A DNA stretch of 51,027 nucleotides from Terriglobia bacterium (GTDB taxonomy: Bacteria > Acidobacteriota > Terriglobia > Bryobacterales > JACQDG01): contig JBGOUJ010000001.1 of NCBI GenBank assembly GCA_041477005.1, positions 1 to 51,027 on the forward strand, written 5' to 3'. Below the pieces are notes generated by a model. The model saw nothing but the letters and a program-made list of their open reading frames with translations, had not been told where the DNA came from and did no database searches. The number at the start of each line of letters is the position of its first letter. Position 1 is the stretch's first letter. Both the position numbers and the translations under genes were made by a program. Of the stretch, positions 7,489-16,583 are shown in pieces.

Positions 7489-10400
7489 ATGCATTTCTCT
7501 GCGCGTCTCGTGCTCGGGATGGCTGTGCTGTTGTTTCCAGGCTTTCCCCATCATCTTTACTCCCAGGCGGTCTACGGCGGCATCGTGGGTGCCGTGACCG
7601 ATCCCAGTAGCGCCAGCGTCTCCGGCGCGAAAGTTACGATCCGCGACCTGGATCGGGACGTAACGTTCACGGCCGTCACGAGCGAAACCGGCAATTATAA
7701 TGTCGGGCACCTCATCGTCGGGCGATACCAGGTGCGGGTCGAGGCGCCGGGCTTTCGGGCCTCCGTCCAGGACAATGTCAGCATCTCCGTGGATGCCGTA
7801 GCGCGTTTGGACGTGAAGATGCAGGTCGGCGAGATAAACCAGTCGGTCGAGGTCACGGGCGAAGCATCGTTGCTCAAGACGGAACGTAGCGACGTCGCCA
7901 TCACATACGACCGGAAGGCCGTCAATGAACTGCCGATGCTAAACCGCCGGTTCTCCAACTTCAGTCTGATTACACCGGGCGTCGTAATGCAGAGCGGCGG
8001 GCCGAACTCAACCGAGTCCGAGAATCCCATGGGCTCGTACCGGCTGGAGGTCAACGGGCACATGTACTCGGCGGTGTCTCACGTGCTCGACGGCACGGAC
8101 AATCACGACACGGTGCTGGCGTATCAGGTGATCAATCCGACGCTCGAGTCGGTAACGGAAGCGAAGATCACGACCAGCGCCTTCGATGCCGAGTTTGCAA
8201 ACGCCGGGGCGATGGTGGTCAGCTCGCAGACCAAATCGGGGACCAACGAGATCCACGGCAGCTTTTTCGAGTTCCTGCGGAACGATCATCTGCAGGCGCG
8301 GGACCCGTTTGCGCAGGCGCAGCCCATTTACGGCGCCAACGGCCGGACCATTCCGGTCACGATCTGGAACCAGTTCGGCGGCTCCCTTGGAGGGCCGATC
8401 AAGAAGAACAAGCTGTTCTTCTTTGGCGATTACCAGGGTACGCGCCGCCGGACGGGCGGCAGCAAGACCGTTTGGGTGCCCTCGGCGGGCAACAGAGCCG
8501 GAAACGTAAACGACCTCGGATTGAACATCTTTGACCCCGACAGCGGCGCCACGCCGGCGCAGCGCACTCCGTTTACCAACAACGTGGTGCCGGCCGCCCA
8601 GATCTCCCCTCAGGCAAGAAGCCTGATCAACCTTCTCCCGTTGCCGAACAAGCCGGCAGCCCCGAACCAGCCGAATTACCAGGGTTCCGGCAGCATTGCG
8701 TTGCGGGAAGACTCCTTCAACACGAGGATCGATGAATATGCGACCTCGAAGCTGCACCTGTTCGGCCGCTACAGCCTCCAGCGGTGGGATCTAAACGCCC
8801 CGGCGATTTTCGGGCTGGCGGGCGGGACGGGATTTGATGCCAGCACCTTCGCTGGCACGTCTTACTCGCTGAACCATAGCATCGCCTCGGGCTTCGACTA
8901 CGTGGTGAGCCCGAATCTGGCGACCGATTTCCGCTTCGGATTCTTCCGCTACCGTGTGGAGGTCAATCCGCTTGGTCTCGACACAACCCCGGCCAAGGAT
9001 GTGGGCATTCCCGGCCTGAACCTGGGTACCGCGATCACCGGCGGCATGCCGCAGTTCACCGGCCTCGGCACCTCGTTCGGTTTCGGCCTCGGCGTCAACA
9101 ACTGCAACTGCCCGCTGTTGGAAAATCAGAAGCAGTTTCAGTTCGTCAATAACTGGACGCAGGTGCGTGGGAACCACACGAGCAAGTTCGGCGCGGACGT
9201 GCGCCGGGCCTATAACCTGCGCGTCCCGAGCGACAGCCACCGCTCCGGCCAACTCACGTTCGCGTCAGCGCAATCACAGGGTCCGAACGGCGGCGGCAGC
9301 GGCTTCGCGTCCTATCTGCTGGGCGATGTGGCCAGCTTCGCGCGATACGTCAGCAACGTGTACGACGCCGGCGAGCGGCAGAATCGGCTTTTCTTCTACG
9401 CGCAGGACACCTGGCGCGTGACTCCGAAACTCACGGTGAATTACGGCTTGCGGTGGGATATCTACCGGCCCCAGTCCGTCAACGGTCCCGGGAAGGGCGC
9501 CAACATCGACCCCTTGACCGGCGAGAATCTGGTGGCGGGTTCGGACGGGGTCGGCCTCAGCCTCAACGCCAGCGTCCCACCCAGGACTTTCGCTCCACGC
9601 GCCGGGCTGGCCTACAAGCTCACCGACAAAACCGTGATCCGCGCCGGCTATGGCCGGGGATTTGATCTCGGCATCTTCGGTTCTCTCTTCGGCCACAACG
9701 TGACGCAGAACTTGCCGGTGCTGGCCATTCAGAACCTCAGCCCCGCGTTCAATTTCCAGAACGTTTTTACGCTGGCCCAGGGCCCGCCGGCGGTATCCGA
9801 TCCGGCGCAAGTTCTGGCCGCACAACCCAAGGGACCGCACGGGCGCCCCCTGCAGCCGAACGGATTCACCACCGACATCGTGCCGTTTACCCAGCGGGTC
9901 CCCACCGTCGACACCTGGAACCTCGCACTCCAGCGGCAGTTGAGCGGCACAACCTCGCTGGAGGTGGCTTATGTGGGAACCAAGGGCACGCACGAGCCGC
10001 CAGCATACAACGGCTACTACAACACCAACGAGCCGACGCTGGTCGGCTTCACCTCGGGGCTCTCGACGAATCAGCGCAGGCCGTACTTTGGCCCCTACGG
10101 ATGGACCCAGCTCGTCCGCTTTTCGGGTAATGATTCCAGCAACCGTTACCATTCACTCCAGAGCAAGATTGAGAAGCGTTTCTCCGCGGGACTGCAGTTG
10201 CTCGGCCATTACACCTGGTCCCGGGCGCTGGATTACGACACGACGCAATACATTTACAGGCGGGATCTGGGCTTCGGACCCAACAACATAAACCGTAACC
10301 ACATCATTACGGCGATGGGATTATGGGAGGTCCCCGTCGGAAGTGGCCGCAAGGCGCTCAACCACCTCCCCAAGGGGCTGGACTATCTGATCGGCGGCTG

Positions 10401-10875
10401 GCAGACTAATTTCGTGACGACGTGGATGACGGGGCTGGCGTTTACGCCCAGTTACCAGAACTGTAGCGCCGACGCCGATACGGGATTTTGCCGCCCCAAT
10501 GTGGTCGGACCATGGCAGGCCGGCGATCCGAGCCAGTCCGGCTGGTTTGCTACGGCCGCCACGCTGCTCTCGGCGAATGGTCAGATCAGCGGGCCGTGGC
10601 AGCGTCCGCAAAGGGGTGAATTTGGCAACCTTGGCCGGAACACGCTCCGGGGTCCACGTTTCTCGCAGACGGACTTCTCGGCTTTCAAACAATTCCAATT
10701 GAAGGAGAAGGTGACGCTCCAGTTCCGTGCCGAGGCGTTCAACCTCTTCAATCACACCAATCTCGGGCAGCCCACTGCCTGTGTAGACTGCCCCGGAACG
10801 GCTGGCCAAATATTTGCTACTGCCGCTACCTACCTGCCTCGCATGTGGCAGGTGGCCGCGAAAGTCCAGTTCTGA
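7489..10875 (+). CDS. TonB-dependent outer-membrane receptor with N-terminal carboxypeptidase-regulatory-like domain
   Basis: MHFSARLVLGMAVLLFPGFPHHLYSQA is a signal peptide. VYGGIVGAVTDPSSASVSGAKVTIRDLDRDVTFTAVTSETGNYNVGHLIVGRYQVRVEAPGF is a CarboxypepD_reg domain. A long beta-barrel body ends in an aromatic residue (...AAKVQF). The ORF track start 7441 is possible but disfavoured. Confidence 0.9.
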   Translation: MHFSARLVLGMAVLLFPGFPHHLYSQAVYGGIVGAVTDPSSASVSGAKVTIRDLDRDVTFTAVTSETGNYNVGHLIVGRYQVRVEAPGFRASVQDNVSISVDAVARLDVKMQVGEINQSVEVTGEASLLKTERSDVAITYDRKAVNELPMLNRRFSNFSLITPGVVMQSGGPNSTESENPMGSYRLEVNGHMYSAVSHVLDGTDNHDTVLAYQVINPTLESVTEAKITTSAFDAEFANAGAMVVSSQTKSGTNEIHGSFFEFLRNDHLQARDPFAQAQPIYGANGRTIPVTIWNQFGGSLGGPIKKNKLFFFGDYQGTRRRTGGSKTVWVPSAGNRAGNVNDLGLNIFDPDSGATPAQRTPFTNNVVPAAQISPQARSLINLLPLPNKPAAPNQPNYQGSGSIALREDSFNTRIDEYATSKLHLFGRYSLQRWDLNAPAIFGLAGGTGFDASTFAGTSYSLNHSIASGFDYVVSPNLATDFRFGFFRYRVEVNPLGLDTTPAKDVGIPGLNLGTAITGGMPQFTGLGTSFGFGLGVNNCNCPLLENQKQFQFVNNWTQVRGNHTSKFGADVRRAYNLRVPSDSHRSGQLTFASAQSQGPNGGGSGFASYLLGDVASFARYVSNVYDAGERQNRLFFYAQDTWRVTPKLTVNYGLRWDIYRPQSVNGPGKGANIDPLTGENLVAGSDGVGLSLNASVPPRTFAPRAGLAYKLTDKTVIRAGYGRGFDLGIFGSLFGHNVTQNLPVLAIQNLSPAFNFQNVFTLAQGPPAVSDPAQVLAAQPKGPHGRPLQPNGFTTDIVPFTQRVPTVDTWNLALQRQLSGTTSLEVAYVGTKGTHEPPAYNGYYNTNEPTLVGFTSGLSTNQRRPYFGPYGWTQLVRFSGNDSSNRYHSLQSKIEKRFSAGLQLLGHYTWSRALDYDTTQYIYRRDLGFGPNNINRNHIITAMGLWEVPVGSGRKALNHLPKGLDYLIGGWQTNFVTTWMTGLAFTPSYQNCSADADTGFCRPNVVGPWQAGDPSQSGWFATAATLLSANGQISGPWQRPQRGEFGNLGRNTLRGPRFSQTDFSAFKQFQLKEKVTLQFRAEAFNLFNHTNLGQPTACVDCPGTAGQIFATAATYLPRMWQVAAKVQF

Positions 10876-10926
10876 TCCAGCAAGTGCAGAATACGTTAGC
10901 GTACTTATGAAATCATCCGCTTAGCC

Positions 10927-11127
10927 TCAGACGCGGTGCGGCCCTCGCAATAGACGGGCGGGCAGGGTGAACAGGCCCCAGATCAGCTCCAGCACGCCTT
11001 CGACGGCGATCCCTACAATGCGGAACGGGAGAAGCAGCAACCAGACGATCGGGTATAGCACCAGCGCCACCAGCGCCAGCGGCCAGCAGAGGACCAGCAG
11101 AATGCACCAGAGCAGGAATTTCAGCAC
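10927..11127 (-). CDS. small hydrophobic membrane protein (two predicted TM helices)
   Basis: 66-aa ORF MLKFLLWCILLVLCWPLALVALVLYPIVWLLLLPFRIVGIAVEGVLELIWGLFTL..., 48 nt downstream of the amidohydrolase gene on the same strand. Its G+C-rich third positions are consistent with coding. Confidence 0.55.
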   Translation of the reverse strand: MLKFLLWCILLVLCWPLALVALVLYPIVWLLLLPFRIVGIAVEGVLELIWGLFTLPARLLRGPHRV

Positions 11128-11175
11128 GGCACTCGCCCTCCCTTACTATCTACGTAACCGCCGCCGAAGAGTTCC

Positions 11176-12042
11176 TTACGGCTTGGCGTCCAGGACGCGC
11201 CGGAGAGTGCCCCCGAAAATGTTGGCCTGCGCCTCGGGCGACACCCCGCAGGTGGTGAGCATCTTCTGGTAGCGCTCGAGCTCGCGGTCGAACTCCTCCA
11301 GCTCCCCGCCGAAAACGTCCGAGCCGAAGATCGCTTTCTCAAACGCGCTGCCCCCGGATTTCGGCGTGTGCGGGCTCACCACGCTCGACCACCAGAAGAC
11401 CGACTTGAAGAAGGTATAGTCTTCTTGTTTCTTGATGAGCGTCGAGCCGGAGAGGTCGAAGTAGAGGTTGGGGTGCCAGCGGGCAAGCTCCGACGCCCAG
11501 GCGTAGTCGGGATTGCCCAGGTGGGCGCCGATGATCGTCAGCTTGGGAAACCGGCGGGCGATGTTGTCGAGCGTGGTGACCCGCATGCGATCCACGCTCA
11601 CGTCGACCGCGACGTTGGGGTTCGACCGCATCACGATGCCGGTGTGGAACAGGATGATCATCCGGTACTTCTCGGCCCGCTCGTAAATGGGCCAGTAGCT
11701 CTTGTCGTGATAGTCCTTGAGCGGGCCGCTCAGCTCGCCCAGGCCGCGGAATCCGGCGGCGTGAAAGCGGTCGATCTGCTCGAGCGCCTGCGGGTCGTCG
11801 AGCTTGATGCTGCCGAAGCCGATCAGCCGGTTCGGATGCTGCGCGATAAACTTCTTCACGCTTTCGAGGTCCTTGGGAGCGGTCAGCAGGAAGGCCGTTC
11901 CATCGACGGCATCGAGCCGGGCGACCAGCTTGTTGAGGAACGCCGGATCGCCGTCGTAGTGGACGTGGGCGTCGACCAGCCGGCGGGTGGGTTGGGCGAG
12001 CAGACAGGGTGCAACGAGCAGTAAGGTCAATAGATTTTTCAT
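11176..12042 (-). CDS. amidohydrolase-family (amidohydrolase_2 / TIM-barrel metal hydrolase) protein with signal peptide
   Basis: 288-aa ORF. MKNLLTLLLVAPCLLAQ is a signal peptide. VDAHVHYDG supplies the metal-binding His pair, with later FHTG and IIGAHLGNPDY motifs. Confidence 0.85.
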   Translation of the reverse strand: MKNLLTLLLVAPCLLAQPTRRLVDAHVHYDGDPAFLNKLVARLDAVDGTAFLLTAPKDLESVKKFIAQHPNRLIGFGSIKLDDPQALEQIDRFHAAGFRGLGELSGPLKDYHDKSYWPIYERAEKYRMIILFHTGIVMRSNPNVAVDVSVDRMRVTTLDNIARRFPKLTIIGAHLGNPDYAWASELARWHPNLYFDLSGSTLIKKQEDYTFFKSVFWWSSVVSPHTPKSGGSAFEKAIFGSDVFGGELEEFDRELERYQKMLTTCGVSPEAQANIFGGTLRRVLDAKP

Positions 12043-12168
12043 ATGGAATTCACAGGGTGCACCAACGCGCGCATGTATTCGTGGGGGAAAGTGCGGCCGA
12101 TGTGGCCCCAGGGCGTGTCGCCTTCGACGAAGCTCTTCGCGTAGTTTTCATAGCTGCCCACCGCCTTC

Positions 12169-13389
12169 TCACCAATTCGTGATCGAGCCGTCGGGGCGGC
12201 GGTAGAGCGGGGTTTGCCGGCGGCGCTCGGTGACTTCGGCGAGCAGTTGCGCCCGCCGGGGATCGAATTCGACTCCCAGGCCGGGCCGCGTGTTCGGCCA
12301 TAGCTTGCCGTTCTTGAAGTCGAAGTGCTGGGGCAGGTGCGGCTCACTCCGAGGGCCGTCGCCGGTCATCTCCATAATGACGGGGCCGGAAAACGCCCCG
12401 CAGCAATGCACCAGCGCCGCCTCGCCGGCCGGGCCGGTGAAGTGCGGAATCAAGCCGATGTAGTGGGTCTCGCAAAGGGCGGCGATCTTCATGTACTCGG
12501 TGATACCGCCGACATTGGGGATCGTCACGCGGGTGTAATCGATCAGGCGCTGCTCGATCAGCTCGTTGGTGTCCCAGCGGGCGCCGTAATGCTCGCCGAC
12601 GGCGATCGGCACTTTGACCTGGGGCCGCAGTTGACGATAGACGCCCGCGTTCTCGGAGCGGACCATGTCCTCGCAGAAGTAGGGCTCCAGGTTCTCGATC
12701 AGGGTGCTCAGACGGACGGCGTCGGAGAGGTCGAGGCGGGTGTGATAGTCGATGGCCCAGTCGCCGTCCTTGCCCACGCCGTCGCGGATCTCGATGCACT
12801 GCTCGTGTGTCTTGCGGACGGCCTGGTGGGAATTGAAGGGCACGTTGCCGCCGGGATCGGCGACCGAGGTGCGGTAGGCGCGAAAGCCGGCCTCGATGCA
12901 CGCCCGCGCCGTTTCTTTCAGGCTGCCCTTGTTGGGGAAGCCGGTCGAGTAGCACTCGATGTGGTCGCGGGCGAGGCCGCCCAGCAGCTCGTAGACGGGC
13001 ATGCCGAGGGCCTTGCCCTTGATGTCCCACAGGGCCATGTCGATGGCGCCCTGAGCGTGGAGCTTCTCCCGGCCTGGCGGATAGAACAGGTGGCGGTACA
13101 TGAGCTGCCAGAGATACTCGATGCGGCCGGGGTCCTCTCCGATGATGAGCGCCGCGCATTGCTCGATGGTGTCCTTCGAGCCGCCCTCGCCGATCCCGGT
13201 GATGCCCTGGTCGGTCTCGACCGTCACGATGTTCGTGCTCTGGTTGAAGCTCGGGCGGGGGTTGGGGGAAAGGTAATAGCGGATTCGGCCGATCTTCATC
13301 TTGGGCGGCGCGGCCAGCGCCCGAGGCGCCCGCGCCACCACCGCGCCCGAACCCAGCAAGGTCGATTTCAAAAAAGATCTGCGCTGCAT
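12169..13389 (-). CDS. enolase-superfamily enzyme (mandelate racemase/muconate lactonizing; sugar-acid dehydratase-like) with Tat signal
   Basis: 406-aa ORF. MQRRSFLKSTLLGSGAVVARAPRALAAP is a near-consensus Tat motif. VTVETDQGITGIGEGG, AIDMALWDIKGKALGMPVYELLGG and DWAIDYH...FCED are the capping and barrel motifs of the MR/MLE family. Confidence 0.9.
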   Translation of the reverse strand: MQRRSFLKSTLLGSGAVVARAPRALAAPPKMKIGRIRYYLSPNPRPSFNQSTNIVTVETDQGITGIGEGGSKDTIEQCAALIIGEDPGRIEYLWQLMYRHLFYPPGREKLHAQGAIDMALWDIKGKALGMPVYELLGGLARDHIECYSTGFPNKGSLKETARACIEAGFRAYRTSVADPGGNVPFNSHQAVRKTHEQCIEIRDGVGKDGDWAIDYHTRLDLSDAVRLSTLIENLEPYFCEDMVRSENAGVYRQLRPQVKVPIAVGEHYGARWDTNELIEQRLIDYTRVTIPNVGGITEYMKIAALCETHYIGLIPHFTGPAGEAALVHCCGAFSGPVIMEMTGDGPRSEPHLPQHFDFKNGKLWPNTRPGLGVEFDPRRAQLLAEVTERRRQTPLYRRPDGSITNW

Positions 13390-13427
13390 TCTGCGTTAAC
13401 ATAGCTGATTCTGAACGGGGAGACAAG

Positions 13428-14315
13428 ATGGGTGCCGAGACGCTTCGAATCCTGGTTTCCCGCCACTCCGCCTTTTACAGCCCGCTGATCTCGACCCTTG
13501 CCGCCGGCTTTCTGCGCGACGAGGGGCTGGATGCCACCTACGGCGTGCTCCCCAAGGGCCGGCACGGGCGGGATATGATCCGCAAAGACGAGATCGATAT
13601 CATGCAAGCCGCCGTCTCCACCAACTGGGGACCGATGGAGAAGGGCGAAAGCGATTTGCCGGCGCACTTTGCCCAGGTCAACCAGCGGGACGGCTTCTTG
13701 CTCATCGCCCGGAAGCCGGATCCGGCGTTCGACTGGAAGAAACTCGAAGGATCGACGTTGGTGGCCGACCACGGGGGCCAGCCGCTGGCCATGCTGGAGT
13801 TCGCCGCCTCCTGGAACGGGGCCGATTGGAATCGGATCCAGCTTATTGATGCCGGAAACGTGGAGGAGATGGACGCCGCGTTCCGCGCCGGTCGCGGCGA
13901 TTACGTGCACCAGCAAGGGCCTGCCCCGCAGCAGCTTGAAAAGGACGGGATCGGCTACATTGTGGCCTCGGTGGGGGAGGCTATGCCGCCGGTGGCTTTC
14001 AGCAGCCTGATGGCCTCCCGGGCGTTTCTGGCGACCGACCGGGCTTGGGCGTTCCTGCGGTCCTATCGAAAAGCCCGAGAGTGGGCGGCGCAGGCATCGC
14101 CCGGCGAGATTGCGCGCGCCGAATCGAGCTTCTTCCCGCAGGTTGGCCCGGACGTGCTGGCCGCGGCCATCGCCCGCTACCAGACCCTGGGCTGCTGGCA
14201 AGGCGAGGTCTCTATCAGCCGCGAGCATTACGAGGCGGCGCTTGACGTTTTCCTCCACTGTGGCGCCATCGCGCGCCGGCACCCGTACGAAGAGGTGGTT
14301 GTTTCGCCGCCGTAG
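13428..14315 (+). CDS. NMT1/THI5-like (SsuA/TauA-type substrate-binding fold) protein
   Basis: 295-aa ORF with LRILVSRHSAFYSPLISTLAAGFLRDEGLD..., the typical N-terminus of NMT1-like binding proteins. No signal peptide is visible. The long antisense ORF 13368..14426 is Arg/Gly-rich noise. Confidence 0.7.
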   Translation: MGAETLRILVSRHSAFYSPLISTLAAGFLRDEGLDATYGVLPKGRHGRDMIRKDEIDIMQAAVSTNWGPMEKGESDLPAHFAQVNQRDGFLLIARKPDPAFDWKKLEGSTLVADHGGQPLAMLEFAASWNGADWNRIQLIDAGNVEEMDAAFRAGRGDYVHQQGPAPQQLEKDGIGYIVASVGEAMPPVAFSSLMASRAFLATDRAWAFLRSYRKAREWAAQASPGEIARAESSFFPQVGPDVLAAAIARYQTLGCWQGEVSISREHYEAALDVFLHCGAIARRHPYEEVVVSPP

Positions 14316-14349
14316 GGTCCGCCAACCGCTTGTCGTGACAAGACTTATC

Positions 14350-14913
14350 CTATCCGAGCATCCGGCGGAGCACCGGTCCGGCCAGGTTGAGCGAAGCCAG
14401 CCCCATCCCGTCGCGGAACTGGCCACGGGCGATCATCCGCTGAAGCTGTGGATAAGTGACCTGGTGGACGGTGAGGTGCTCGGTTTCCTCCAGGTGCTGT
14501 TGGCCCTCGTGCAACTCAGTGGCCAGGAAGACGTGGCAGATCTCGCTCGATAAGCCCGAGTAAACCACGTAGATGCCTAGTTTTCGGAACCGCCCGGCGC
14601 GGTAGCCCGTCTCCTCTTCGAGCTCCTTTTGGTCGGCGCGCGGCAAGGGGAGCCGCCCCGCCCCACCCCCAGGTAGCTCATAATTGTAGCCGTGGGTGGG
14701 GTAGCGATACTGGCGGACGAGCAGGATCCGCCTCTGCGGCGTCACGGCCATGATCGACACCGACCGGGCTGCCACGATGAAGCTGTAGGTGATCTCCCGG
14801 CCCGTCGATCGCAGGGTGAGGCGGTGCTCTTCGACGCGCAGCCACCGGGTGCGGTAGGCGGCGCGGCGGGAAAGGCGTACCACCGGGACCTTAGACCGGG
14901 TGCGCGCTTTCAC
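14350..14913 (-). CDS. NUDIX hydrolase (ADP-ribose pyrophosphatase-like)
   Basis: 187-aa ORF containing the Nudix box LPGGGAGRLPLPRADQKELEEETGY (GX5EX7REUXEEXGU pattern). Confidence 0.85.
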   Translation of the reverse strand: MKARTRSKVPVVRLSRRAAYRTRWLRVEEHRLTLRSTGREITYSFIVAARSVSIMAVTPQRRILLVRQYRYPTHGYNYELPGGGAGRLPLPRADQKELEEETGYRAGRFRKLGIYVVYSGLSSEICHVFLATELHEGQQHLEETEHLTVHQVTYPQLQRMIARGQFRDGMGLASLNLAGPVLRRMLG

Positions 14914-15001
14914 AGGTTTTCACCAGGTTTTTCACAGGCCCTATTCTTTTTTGGACGCAAAAGCTATAGTATGGATACTTTACCTTAAACCGGGGTGAAG
15001 T

Positions 15002-15574
15002 ATGTGGGGTAAGAAAGAGAGCACAGCGCCGGCGTCACCGGCCAAACCCGACGCGCCAGCGGAGATTCCCGTTAGGGAGGTTAAACCAGTGTCGTCTACA
15101 CCAATGGCTAGAGCCAGTGAACCCGTAGCGTCGTCTGCGGCCGGCTCGAACCGGCCCGGTCAGGCCCATATCGGCAAGTCGGTCGTCGTGAAGGGCGAGA
15201 TCGCCAGCAGTGAGGACCTGTTCGTAGATGGGGAGGTGCGCGGCGCGATCCAACTGCGCGACCACGCCCTCACTGTGGGTCCGAACGGCAAGGTGGAGGC
15301 CAACGTCACGGCGCGAGAGATTGTCGTGCAAGGTTCGTTGAACGGCAACGTCCACGCGACTGACAAGATCGAGATCCGCAAGACCGGTTCGCTGCTAGGC
15401 GATCTCACCACCGCGCGGATCATCATCGAGGACGGAGCCTATTTCAAAGGCAGCATCGACATCTTGAAGCCGGGCCAGAAGCCGGAACCGAAGCCGCTGA
15501 TGAGCACCACCACCAAGTCCTCGCCCCAGCCCGCGTTGCAGGTGGCGGCGGCCGGAGACTCGCATAAGTCCTAG
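15002..15574 (+). CDS. bactofilin (polymer-forming cytoskeletal protein, DUF583)
   Basis: 190-aa ORF. It has a disordered Pro/Ala-rich N-terminus, then the beta-helical core IGKSVVVKGEIASSEDLFVDGEVRGAIQL...VEANVTAREIVVQGSLNGNVHATDKIEIRKTGSLLGDLTTARIIIEDGAYFKGSI. Confidence 0.9.
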   Translation: MWGKKESTAPASPAKPDAPAEIPVREVKPVSSTPMARASEPVASSAAGSNRPGQAHIGKSVVVKGEIASSEDLFVDGEVRGAIQLRDHALTVGPNGKVEANVTAREIVVQGSLNGNVHATDKIEIRKTGSLLGDLTTARIIIEDGAYFKGSIDILKPGQKPEPKPLMSTTTKSSPQPALQVAAAGDSHKS

Positions 15575-15643
15575 TGCCGTTACAACCAGAGGCCCCTGCA
15601 GCCGCGCCGCCTGAGGCGACGGCTCCCCCCGCACGGGCCCCCG

Positions 15644-16417
15644 GTGGTAAGGTTGAGATGGTTGGAACGGCATTCCAGGTCCGAAGACAAGACGCGGTTC
15701 CAACAGAACCAGGACGCTAGCTTGCTCGGCGAGAAGATACGCAATTTTTTTCGATCCGGTGGCGGGGCCCACAACGGGTCCCCGGTGTTTGCCACCGATC
15801 TGGGGCCACGCCTGCGGCTGTCGCGCGCGCCGGCGGCGGCCGAGACGGAGCGGCGTAGCAACGGCCTGCGGCAGTTCTTCGAGAACTTGCCTCGCGAAGG
15901 CCGGCTGCGCATCCTCGACCTGGGCGGCGCCTCTCAGGCCAACGTCAACTTCATCGCCCTGCAGGGCCACAAGCTCTACACCGAAGACTTGCTGGTGGCG
16001 CTGGAGCGGCTGAACGACAAGGCAAAGAATTCCGAAGACCGCACGGACCGGGCGGCGCGGTTCGTCCAAGAGAGCCTGAACTTCCCGAACGAGGAGTTCG
16101 ACGGCATCCTGGTGTGGGACAGCCTGGAATTTCTGGATGACGAGCTGCTGTGGGCGGCGGTCGGCCGCATGCAGGCCGTCCTGAAGCCGGGCGGCACCCT
16201 GCTCACTTTTTTTCACACCCGCGCTCAAGGGGAAACGGTGCACGTTTACCGTTACAACATCAGCGACTTCCAGACGCTGCAACTGCGGCCCCGGTTCTCC
16301 CGGCCCCTGCCCCGGGCGTTCAACAACCGCAACCTGGAGCGGCTGTTCGGCAATTTTCACGCCGTCAAGTTTTTCCTCGCCAAGGACAATCTCCGCGAAG
16401 TAATCGTCACCAGATAA
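15644..16417 (+). CDS. class I SAM-dependent methyltransferase (start codon uncertain)
   Basis: ORF with a GTG start. Motif I RILDLGGASQANV, post-I LYTEDL, and FDGILVWDSLEFL...VLKPGGTLLTFF. There is no in-frame ATG before the methyltransferase core, so the start is uncertain. Confidence 0.75.
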   Translation: MVRLRWLERHSRSEDKTRFQQNQDASLLGEKIRNFFRSGGGAHNGSPVFATDLGPRLRLSRAPAAAETERRSNGLRQFFENLPREGRLRILDLGGASQANVNFIALQGHKLYTEDLLVALERLNDKAKNSEDRTDRAARFVQESLNFPNEEFDGILVWDSLEFLDDELLWAAVGRMQAVLKPGGTLLTFFHTRAQGETVHVYRYNISDFQTLQLRPRFSRPLPRAFNNRNLERLFGNFHAVKFFLAKDNLREVIVTR

Positions 16418-16418
16418 C

Positions 16419-16565
16419 TGCAGCCATCAGCTATCAGAACAGCAGCTATCAGCTATCAGCTATCAGCAGTCAGCAACCTGCTCGGACCGGAGGGGGGGGT
16501 GCTGATGGCTGAAGGCTGATAGCTGACTGCTGCCGTGCTGACGGCTGATGGCTGATGGCTGTAAG
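16419..16565. repeat. long imperfect hairpin whose arms are tandem heptamer arrays (CAGCTAT)n / (GCTGATG)n
   Basis: Left arm 16419-16477: cagccat cagctat cag.. cagctat cagctat cagctat cagcagt cagc. The loop contains a G run. Right arm 16501-16565: gctgatg gctgaag gctgata gctgact ... gctgacg gctgatg gctgatg gctg. The arms are reverse-complementary in several registers. Confidence 0.8.
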
Positions 16566-16583
16566 CTAGAAGTTAGGCACTTC

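Noticed and set aside
14914-15001. Promoter call upstream of the bactofilin gene (TATAGT at 14965-14970; direct repeat aggttttcac/aggtttttcac at 14914-14935)
   Set aside because: No acceptable -35 hexamer sits at 16-18 nt (TTGGAC is only 8 nt away). The repeat is short enough to be chance. It is left unannotated.
16419-16565. Possible CRISPR array because of the many short repeats
   Set aside because: The units are only 7 nt, directly abutting with no spacers, and the two halves are reverse complements of each other. No cas genes are in the window.
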